Shown here: piece by piece, positions 17,332-24,104 of the stretch
How the letters are laid out: every line of letters begins with the position of its first letter
Position numbering within the stretch: position 1 is the first letter of the stretch
Assembly (NCBI GenBank): GCA_047633055.1
Contig: JBLIEI010000014.1
Span: forward strand, 10,833 to 74,832
Origin: Halieaceae bacterium
Lineage (GTDB): Bacteria; Pseudomonadota; Gammaproteobacteria; Pseudomonadales; Halieaceae
Length of the DNA stretch: 64,000 bases
Direction: 5' to 3'
Made by a program: the position numbers and the translations under genes
Notes under the pieces: generated by a model
Told to the model about the DNA's origin: nothing
The model's input: the letters and a program-made list of their open reading frames with translations, nothing else
Database searches by the model: none

Positions 17332-19280
17332 TGGGGGTGAAATCCCCCACCACGCCCGACTGGCTCGAACTGTCGAACTTGTGTCGATCTGATCGAGTCG
17401 AGGGTAAAACCTGGTTCGATATGAAAGCGCAAGGGGAAACCCTCGAACTTTCGATATACGACGAAATCGGAATGTGGGGCGTTAATGGCTCCGACTTTAA
17501 ACGCGCCCTCGACGGGTTCGATAATGTTTCCGAGATTGTTTTAAATATGCACTCGCCAGGCGGATCGGTTTTCGACGGCCTGGCAATTTACAATCAACTG
17601 AAAAACCATAAAGCGAAAGTTACCGTCAAAATCGACGGCCTCGCGGCCTCAATCGCGAGCGTTATCGCTATGGCGGGGGATACGATAATTATTCCCGAGA
17701 ACGCTTTTATTATGATTCATAAACCGCGAATGCCCGCAAATGGTATCGCGGACGAATTGCGCGAAAGCGCCGATCTTTTAGATAAGGTCGAAACGACGTT
17801 GATTGCGGCCTACCGCGTCAAAACGGGTTTAACCGATTCCGATATTTCTGAAATGCTCGAGGCCGAAACATGGCTAACTGGCATCGAAGCAGTCGAGATG
17901 GGATTTGCCGACGAAATAGCCGAGCCAATCCAGGCAGCGGCTACTTTAAACAATGGCTTAATCGAGGAGTACTCTCAAATGCCAAGCAAAGCTAAAACAC
18001 TAATCAGCGCCACCCCCGCCGATAAATTCAAGGCTGCCGAACTGGCTCGCCGTACTGAGGTAAAAGCGGTATTCGCAGATTTCCCCCAGCACGACGACGT
18101 TCGCAATGGTTGCCTCGACGATATGGAGTGCTCCGCCGAGACTGCCCGCGCTAAACTGCTGGCAACTATGGGCGCCGCTGCTACTCCGAGCGCGGCAGCC
18201 ATCCACGTCGGCAACGGCTCCATAGTTCGCGACGTGCTCCAGGATGCGCTACAGGCGCGCACTGGAGCCGCCACGCTGCAAGATAAAGGCAACCCCTACC
18301 AGGCATCGAGTTTGCTTGATCTGGCGCGCGCATCGCTGATACAGAACGGTACGGGCGTTGCAACACTTGCGCCTATGCAGGTCGTAGCGGCCGCCTTTAC
18401 ACACAGCTCCGGCGACTTTGGCTCGGTTCTTTCCAATGTGGCCGAGAAATCGCTACTGAATGGCTGGAACTCCGCGCCAGAAACATATCCCCTGTGGACG
18501 CGTAAAGGCACGTTGTCATCGTTTCGGCCCGCATTGCGCGCCGGTATTGGTGGCTACCCAGTGTTGCCGTCTGTTGCAGAGGGCGCCGAGTATACACACG
18601 CCACCATGAACGACACTGGGGAAGTAATCGCCCTGGCGAAACACGGTTCCATGTTCTCAATCACCCGCGAGGCGATCATTAACGACGACCTGGACGCGTT
18701 CTACCGCATACCGGCCGGACAGGGTCGAGCGGCCATGCGGACGATCGGAAGCCTGGTGTATGCATGCCTAACTGGCAATACGGTGATGAGCGACGGCAAG
18801 GGTATATTCCATGCCGATCACGGCGGCAACACAATCGTAGACGCCCTCGACATAGGCGGCATCGCAAACATGCGTAGAATTATGCGTATGCAGACTGATA
18901 ACGCCGGACAATCTCTGAACATTGCCCCTGGTTATTTGCTCGTTCCGGCGGCGCTGGAATCGCAAGCGCAACAGGTTATCGCCTCGACGGCCGTACCTGG
19001 CGCCGACAGTAATTCCGGCATTAAGAATCCGGTCAACTCCGCAGCCGAGATCGTTGTCGAGAGTCGCCTCGATGCGGCCTCTGCTGACAGTTTTTACATG
19101 GTTGCGGGCGCTGGCGACACGATCGAGGTTGCATTCCTCGACGGCATGGACACTCCCTACCTGGAACAGCAGGCCGGTTGGAGCGTTGACGGCGTTAGCT
19201 TCAAGGTACGGATCGAAGCTGGCGTTGCGCCGATAGACTACCGTGGATTTGTTCGCGGAACTGGCGGTTTGCCCGTATAG
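17331..19280 (+). CDS. prohead protease / major capsid protein fusion (ClpP-type S14/S49 protease N-terminus, HK97-fold capsid C-terminus)
   Basis: The N-terminus reads MHSPGGSVFDGLAIYNQL..IDGLAASIASVIAMAGD..FIMIHKP, with ClpP-like Ser and His contexts. The C-terminal ~320 aa (..YPLWTRKG..GAEYTHATMND..FSITREAIINDD..) resemble phage major capsid proteins. Confidence 0.75.
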   Translation: MGVKSPTTPDWLELSNLCRSDRVEGKTWFDMKAQGETLELSIYDEIGMWGVNGSDFKRALDGFDNVSEIVLNMHSPGGSVFDGLAIYNQLKNHKAKVTVKIDGLAASIASVIAMAGDTIIIPENAFIMIHKPRMPANGIADELRESADLLDKVETTLIAAYRVKTGLTDSDISEMLEAETWLTGIEAVEMGFADEIAEPIQAAATLNNGLIEEYSQMPSKAKTLISATPADKFKAAELARRTEVKAVFADFPQHDDVRNGCLDDMECSAETARAKLLATMGAAATPSAAAIHVGNGSIVRDVLQDALQARTGAATLQDKGNPYQASSLLDLARASLIQNGTGVATLAPMQVVAAAFTHSSGDFGSVLSNVAEKSLLNGWNSAPETYPLWTRKGTLSSFRPALRAGIGGYPVLPSVAEGAEYTHATMNDTGEVIALAKHGSMFSITREAIINDDLDAFYRIPAGQGRAAMRTIGSLVYACLTGNTVMSDGKGIFHADHGGNTIVDALDIGGIANMRRIMRMQTDNAGQSLNIAPGYLLVPAALESQAQQVIASTAVPGADSNSGIKNPVNSAAEIVVESRLDAASADSFYMVAGAGDTIEVAFLDGMDTPYLEQQAGWSVDGVSFKVRIEAGVAPIDYRGFVRGTGGLPV

Positions 19281-19386
19281 GTTTACCCGCTATTGGCATG
19301 GCGGGAACCCCTAAGGGGTGAAAGTCCGGAACTTGAAGAACTCCGGCAAAAGTCCTGGCGGTTTAGTTGGCCGTTAGGCGCCTCGA

Positions 19387-19428
19387 GGGGGCGCATTTGG
19401 CTGGAAGCCTCATGCGTCCCCTTTTTTT
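19387..19428 (+). terminator. rho-independent terminator after the capsid gene
   Basis: GGGG(G)CGCAT (19387-19396) pairs with ATGCGTCCCC (19412-19421) and is followed by T7 (19422-19428). Confidence 0.65.
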
Positions 19429-19451
19429 GAAAAGGTACTCCCGCCGATCTG

Positions 19452-19502
19452 AGGTATACGGGGGCGCGGAGTCGCAGTCGCTCACTATTTACGAATTTTT
19501 TT
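19452..19502 (+). promoter_or_regulatory. lambda cosN-like sequence (candidate cohesive-end packaging site of the island)
   Basis: The island sequence is AGGTATACGGGGGCGCGGAGTCGCAGTCGCTCACTATTTACGAATTTTTTT. As I recall it, lambda reads AGGTTACG|GGGCGGCGACCT|CGCGGGTTTTCGCTATTTATGAAAATTTT. The site lies directly upstream of a Nu1 homologue. Confidence 0.5.
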
Positions 19503-19503
19503 A

Positions 19504-20055
19504 ATGGAGGTTGTTGTTTTGTCGAGCACAGATATAGACCCGCTCTGGTTAAACAAACGTGACGCCGCAGCGTCGGTGGGGATTTCAACACAAGCCTTTA
19601 GTAAATGGGGTGTAAAGCCCGTTCAGCGTTCAGGCCGCGAGGTGTTTTTCACTGTTCGCGATATCGTCGACAATCGGGTTGAGAGAGCACTTAAAGGAGC
19701 AAACGGCGAAACTCCCGGGGAACTCGAGAATTTGGGGCGCAAGAAGTATCTCGAGGACTACCGTCTCGCGAAAGCCCGTCGAATAGCTCAAGAGCAAAAA
19801 AATGATCTCGCTGCCGGAACAATGATTCCGACTGATTTCGCAACGTTTGCACTCTCGAAGATTGCCGCTCGAATCGCCTCGATCCTGGACACGCTCCCGC
19901 TAACTATGCGGCGGGCTCACCCGGACCTCGAGTCTCGACACATTGATTCCTTTACTCGCGAAGTTGCGAAGGCGCGAAACGTGGCGGCGGAGGTCGACGA
20001 AATCCTACCTGAGTTGGTCGAGGAATATGCCGCCCTTACAAACGAGTCAAGTTAA
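19504..20055 (+). CDS. terminase small subunit, lambda Nu1-like
   Basis: TFALSKIAARIASILDTLPLTMRRAHPDLESRHIDSFTREVAKARNVAAEVDEILPELVEEYA aligns closely with lambda Nu1 (TFVLSRIAGEIASILDGLPLSVQRRFPELENRHVDFLKRDIIKAMNKAAALDELIPGLLSEYI). An N-terminal HTH (AASVGISTQAFSKWG) is present. Confidence 0.85.
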   Translation: MEVVVLSSTDIDPLWLNKRDAAASVGISTQAFSKWGVKPVQRSGREVFFTVRDIVDNRVERALKGANGETPGELENLGRKKYLEDYRLAKARRIAQEQKNDLAAGTMIPTDFATFALSKIAARIASILDTLPLTMRRAHPDLESRHIDSFTREVAKARNVAAEVDEILPELVEEYAALTNESS

Positions 20056-20320
20056 GAATTTAATAAAAGCAGTTTGCCTCGGCCTGTCTTCACTATTCCG
20101 GCCGGAGCCATTGAGAGCTGCTAAGCGCGCCGCTTTTGACTTCACCGCCGCGTCAATCGCGCTGGGAGATGCTCCCCGACTGTTGGGCGTATTTGTACGG
20201 TCGATTTGCCCCCCCCCCCAGCCCTTGGCCCAGCAAGCGGTTCACTGGGGCGCACGAGACCGTCGGAACGGGCTCAGCCTTCCGTGCCCCCGTTTCCGAC
20301 CTGCGCCTCAGCTAGAGAAA

Positions 20321-22339
20321 TCACCTCAGCAATTTATTAACTCGATCGATTAGGCCCGACCACTGGGCAGCTTCATTTTCTTGAAGGTCGGCGGCAGTGT
20401 GGTCTCTAGTCCATCGGACATATGCTTTCGCCAATTTATACTTCGAAAACCCCTCAACGTCAGAGGTAAAAATATCTACTATCGGTCTTCCCGGTTGACT
20501 TAGAGCCGCGCTAGAAGTATCGACGCCAAACTCACTTGCAACAATGCTGATCAGCGTTCCCCTAAGCAGGTCTTCGATTTCGGCTTTTTCCACTCCCGAG
20601 CAATAGTCTTTAGTTCTAAGAATATTTTTGTTACCTAGAGTGTGGACCAGATTTTCTTGTTGTGCTGCTTGATCGCCAGCGGCGTCAGAGTCTAATAGGG
20701 CAGCGACCTTTAATCTGTGTGCGTGCAATATAGTTGCGTAGTAAACAAGCTTTCCTGCGGAGTTTGCAAAAACCAGAGAAATTTTATTGTTTAAATCAAT
20801 AATCTCACTCTCCCGAAGCATTGCGGACGTAGATTCCAGGTACCAATAGTCGGTGATGCCCTCCATGACTAGATTTCTACTCTGCGAAAAAAGGCTGCTA
20901 GCAAGGTCGTAGCCAAGGGCTTCTTGCAGGGGCAGCAATCCAGCGGGATCACCAGACGAAATGGCTAGGTGAACTTTCGTGCCTTCGGCTCTCGTCTTCA
21001 TTTCAACCACTCTGACGATATCTAATTCGTCGGGCCCCACTAGAAACGGAGAATGTGTTGAAAAAAGAGTTTGGTTCGCTGCCGCAAGCCGCGATAGGGT
21101 GTTTCTAAATTCACATTGCTTGAGCCCATGTAGGCTCATTCCGGGCTCGTCCAACAATAGAATTGCGTTCTCGTGTTTGTCTATCGCCTCCGCGAAAAAA
21201 ACAACGAAGAATGAAACAAGCCATTGAAAGCCCTCGGATCGTTGATCCAATTCGATATCCACTCCAAGATCATCTTCCACCACAACCTTCAAGTATTGCC
21301 CATCGACCAAAACTTTCAGTTTGTCCGCCTCAGGCCGATTGGAATCAGGCAGCCAAACAGATAGTATTTCCCTTGTTAGCCGGACGCTCGCAGCGTTGAG
21401 TTGGTAACTTCTTATATCGAGATTGTCTCTATAGGTTTTAAGGGCCTCAGCGTCATTTATGCCCGGTTCGGGGGTTTTTCCTAGAGCGGAAAGCTCTCTC
21501 GGCGTAAACCCAAGTAGCTTCAAGAGGCAGATGTTTCCGTAATCAAAGAACTCATCGTCAAGTATCTGATCTTCGGTTCTTCTCGCAAGATGCTCCAAAT
21601 GAATTAAAGGTTTTACGCGAAAGTAATTATTGAAAAGAATAAAGACTGGGACCCGTTCACCGAGCGTTTTCAGCGCGGATTCCCACAAGCCGTTGAACGC
21701 AATAGCTTCAATCAATGCGTCGTATCTGGCCTCTTCTTTATCATTATCCTCATCGACAAACTCGTAGCTTTCCTCCAGCCATTTATTAAGATTTTTTGAC
21801 GTATCCCCCGAAACCCATGTGTAGTCGGCCCAATCGCTCGTTAAAGCCTTGAGCGAATCGCTAGGTTTTATTGGATCAGTATCCGATTCCTCGGGTGAAT
21901 ACTGTTTGTCCATGTGAGCGGCAATCCTGACTAAGTCCTTTTTCAAGTCTTTAAACCAAATTTTTTCCTGGCCACCCACCAGCGTATGCGTCCCTCGATT
22001 TGAATAATACCGACTAAGCTTGTATTCACTATCATGAAAAGCTTCCGGTATGAGGGCCTTGTCGGTATCTTCCAGTCTAAAGGTCCCCTCAACGACAACA
22101 GTTTCGTTCGGCTCCACTGCACCGGTCGTAACGTCATTATATTTCGACCGCGGGTAGTCTCTAAGGATGTCAAACCCCGGCGTATCCTCTGGCCGATTTA
22201 GCTGTTGCAAGGCCCTAAATAAAACTGTTTTTCCAGCTTCATTGGGGCCGACTAAAATTGTTTTTAAGTCTTCAATTTCGAATTCCGTAGAATCTACAAT
22301 GCTTCGATAGCTCTGAACTCTTGCTTTTACTAATTTCAT
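20321..22339 (-). CDS. OLD-family nuclease-like protein: ABC/AAA_15-type ATPase fused to a C-terminal TOPRIM domain (672 aa)
   Basis: Walker A is GPNEAGKT (aa 31-38), the signature-like motif is SEGFQWLV, Walker B is ILLLDEPGMSLH and the H-loop is FSTHSPF. The TOPRIM Glu (NLVMEGITDYWYL) and DxD (LLDSDAAGD) are present. Sampled 60-nt lines are ~35-47% GC against ~57-60% in neighbouring genes. Confidence 0.75.
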   Translation of the reverse strand: MKLVKARVQSYRSIVDSTEFEIEDLKTILVGPNEAGKTVLFRALQQLNRPEDTPGFDILRDYPRSKYNDVTTGAVEPNETVVVEGTFRLEDTDKALIPEAFHDSEYKLSRYYSNRGTHTLVGGQEKIWFKDLKKDLVRIAAHMDKQYSPEESDTDPIKPSDSLKALTSDWADYTWVSGDTSKNLNKWLEESYEFVDEDNDKEEARYDALIEAIAFNGLWESALKTLGERVPVFILFNNYFRVKPLIHLEHLARRTEDQILDDEFFDYGNICLLKLLGFTPRELSALGKTPEPGINDAEALKTYRDNLDIRSYQLNAASVRLTREILSVWLPDSNRPEADKLKVLVDGQYLKVVVEDDLGVDIELDQRSEGFQWLVSFFVVFFAEAIDKHENAILLLDEPGMSLHGLKQCEFRNTLSRLAAANQTLFSTHSPFLVGPDELDIVRVVEMKTRAEGTKVHLAISSGDPAGLLPLQEALGYDLASSLFSQSRNLVMEGITDYWYLESTSAMLRESEIIDLNNKISLVFANSAGKLVYYATILHAHRLKVAALLDSDAAGDQAAQQENLVHTLGNKNILRTKDYCSGVEKAEIEDLLRGTLISIVASEFGVDTSSAALSQPGRPIVDIFTSDVEGFSKYKLAKAYVRWTRDHTAADLQENEAAQWSGLIDRVNKLLR

Positions 22340-22513
22340 TAGTTGATAGATCCCTTTTTACTGTTGATACGTTTCCGTATCCATTTACTTAAGGGGCTGC
22401 GAGCCCAGCTTGACTGTCTAGATGCTTAGTTGCAAAGCTAACCTTGGACCCCGCCCCGTTCAGATGTCCCTGTGTACTTCTCGGCCGCTGGCCGTTAATC
22501 AAAACTCGAACGC

Positions 22514-22855
22514 CTACTTAACGCTATCGACCAGCGCCACGGCAAGCGCCCCAACTCCAACAACGAATCCCAAGAGTACAAGGGCTGAAGCGACCCGAAG
22601 CACCGTGTTAGTGGTAGTACCGATCTTTTCACCGTAGCGTTCAAGATTCGCCAACAGTATGGTAATTGCAACAATCGAAGCCAGAATGCACACACCAAGC
22701 CCAGCGGCTACGAACGGAATTAACTGGGTGCCTAACTGCCCGGCGCTGAGGTCACTGAGAAGGGCTGCACAAACAGCAAGCCCCGCAGTAGAGACCGTGG
22801 CAAGGTGCTTGTAGAGGTCGATTGCTATCTTGCGCTTTTCAACACCGATGTTCAT
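22514..22855 (-). CDS. small integral membrane protein (about 113 aa, 3 predicted TM helices)
   Basis: Three hydrophobic stretches are present: LATVSTAGLAVCAALL, LIPFVAAGLGVCILASIVAITILL and VLRVASALVLLGFVVGVGALAVALV. The ORF-track start at 22873 is a TTG, so the first ATG at 22855 is used here. The start is uncertain. Confidence 0.5.
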   Translation of the reverse strand: MNIGVEKRKIAIDLYKHLATVSTAGLAVCAALLSDLSAGQLGTQLIPFVAAGLGVCILASIVAITILLANLERYGEKIGTTTNTVLRVASALVLLGFVVGVGALAVALVDSVK

Positions 22856-22917
22856 GCTGGAAGGATAACCCAACTAGCCAATACACTGAAACGTTGCGGT
22901 AAACCTACAGAAAGAAT

Positions 22918-22941
22918 GCCGCAACTATTGCCGCACCTATT
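22918..22941 (+). repeat. tandem 12-mer GCCGCAACTATT/GCCGCACCTATT (candidate integrase arm-type site, right end)
   Basis: A near-identical copy of 12361-12384, in the same orientation, lying 47 bp inside attR. Confidence 0.5.
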
Positions 22942-22987
22942 ATAGGAATATTACCCAATGATCACTATTTTAGAGACTTTGCGAATA

Positions 22988-23033
22988 ACTGTTAATCAAT
23001 GGGTCGCTGGTTCGAGCCCAGCAAGCGGAGCCA
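22988..23033 (+). repeat. attR: 46-bp direct repeat (duplicated 3' part of tRNA-Asn)
   Basis: Identical to 12121-12166. The sequence diverges immediately on both sides. Confidence 0.9.
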
Positions 23034-23054
23034 TATTTAGTATTGAATATCAAA

Positions 23055-23080
23055 GGGTTGCAGAAATGCAGCCCTTTTTT
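23055..23080 (+). terminator. rho-independent terminator, probably the native tRNA-Asn terminator displaced by the island
   Basis: GGGTTGCA-GAAA-TGCAGCCC followed by T6, 22 bp after attR. Confidence 0.65.
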
Positions 23081-23301
23081 ATTGCGCTAATAAATCACTT
23101 TGCCATTTGAAGGGCTTTGCGCTCCTATATTCAGCTAAATAACCCGTGTGCTTACGAGAACAGCTTACTCGGCTCCCGCCCTCTGTAGCGCTCATTGAGT
23201 TAACAACCCTCGAATATGAATATCGTCGGGTAGCGGAACTAAATCGACAAATGCGTCTCTTCAATTCAATGCGCTTGCCCTAGACACCAGGAGTAAAAAG
23301 C

Positions 23302-24078
23302 ATGATCAGTAAACTGTTTTCCATGGAGGGCAAGGTCTGCCTCATTACCGGCGGTTCTCGAGGCCTTGGCTACGCTATCGCACAGGCATTTTTCACCGCC
23401 GGAGCCAAACGGATATACATTACGGCGCGCAAAGCGGAAGCCTGCGAGCAAGCGGCGAAAGAACTTTCCAAACTCGGTGAGTGTATAGCACTGCCCGGTG
23501 ATATCAGCGATATGTCTGAGATAGATCGCCTGGCAAAGACGCTTCAGGAGAAAGAGACCTCCATCGATGTGCTGGTAAACAACGCAGGTGTAGGTTGGTT
23601 GGCGCCTTTAGGACAGTTCCCGGAAAAAGGATGGGACAAAGTAATGGATCTCAACGTGAAAACACCTTTCTTCCTAATCCAGGCATTACTGCCTCTTCTT
23701 AGAAATGGTGCCAGCTCCGAGGCGACCGCCAGCGTCATCAACATTGGCTCTATCGCCGGCATTCTGGGCCGCACTGACACATTCAGTTATGCCCCCGCGA
23801 AGGCAGCAGTGCATCAGGTTACTCGCAACATGGCAGTGGTTTTGGCAGAAGATAATATTCGGGTAAACGCAATTGCCCCGGGGCGATTTCACACCAAAAT
23901 GACCGAATACGCCAGCCAAGACAAAGCACTGTACGACGCTGAGATAGCAGCGATACCCCTACACCGCTGGGGCCGCGATCCAGACATAATGGGAGTTGCG
24001 GTCATGCTGGCAAGTTCGGCCAGCGCTTTTATGACAGGACAGATATTAACTATCGATGGTGGAACCACGTTGGTATAA
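23302..24078 (+). CDS. SDR family oxidoreductase
   Basis: The cofactor motif TGGSRGLG, NNAG and the catalytic YxxxK context (YAPAKAAV) are present. Confidence 0.85.
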   Translation: MISKLFSMEGKVCLITGGSRGLGYAIAQAFFTAGAKRIYITARKAEACEQAAKELSKLGECIALPGDISDMSEIDRLAKTLQEKETSIDVLVNNAGVGWLAPLGQFPEKGWDKVMDLNVKTPFFLIQALLPLLRNGASSEATASVINIGSIAGILGRTDTFSYAPAKAAVHQVTRNMAVVLAEDNIRVNAIAPGRFHTKMTEYASQDKALYDAEIAAIPLHRWGRDPDIMGVAVMLASSASAFMTGQILTIDGGTTLV

Positions 24079-24104
24079 CGTGTGTCACCGAATGACCCAA
24101 CCTG

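Larger units (their letters stand above)
12121..23033. mobile_element. tRNA-Asn-integrated genomic island, phage-satellite-like (~10.9 kb)
   Basis: Flanking 46-bp direct repeats, an integrase next to attL, phage capsid/terminase and Rep-like genes, and a foreign low-GC cargo gene. Housekeeping genes flank it on both sides. Confidence 0.85.

Noticed and set aside
19300-19335. GGGAACCCCTAAGGGGTGAAAGTCCGGAAC resembles the cobalamin riboswitch core (GGGAA..GGTGAAAATCC) and the RNase P P4 strand (GGAAAGUCCGG).
   Set aside because: The match covers only ~10-13 nt. No B12 box or other conserved riboswitch or RNase P elements follow. The segment is too short, and it sits between a capsid gene and a terminase gene. 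I treat it as an island-specific motif of unknown role.
19943-20353. A 136-aa plus-strand ORF in the track that spans the terS-OLD spacer.
   Set aside because: It overlaps the 3' end of terS in another frame and the 3' end of the OLD-like gene on the other strand. It is Arg/Pro/Ser-rich as expected from out-of-frame GC-rich DNA, and it has no RBS.
22398-22415. A 10-nt match (CGAGCCCAGC) to the att core, in the gap between the membrane-protein and OLD-like genes.
   Set aside because: A 10-mer match is expected by chance at appreciable frequency in 2 x 64 kb. It is not comparable to the 13-mer at 20228-20240 or to the 46-bp repeats.
22422-22698. Plus- and minus-strand ORFs (22422-22637 and 22495-22698) overlapping the 3-TM gene region.
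   Set aside because: They overlap the more convincing hydrophobic ORF in other frames and have no RBS or motif.
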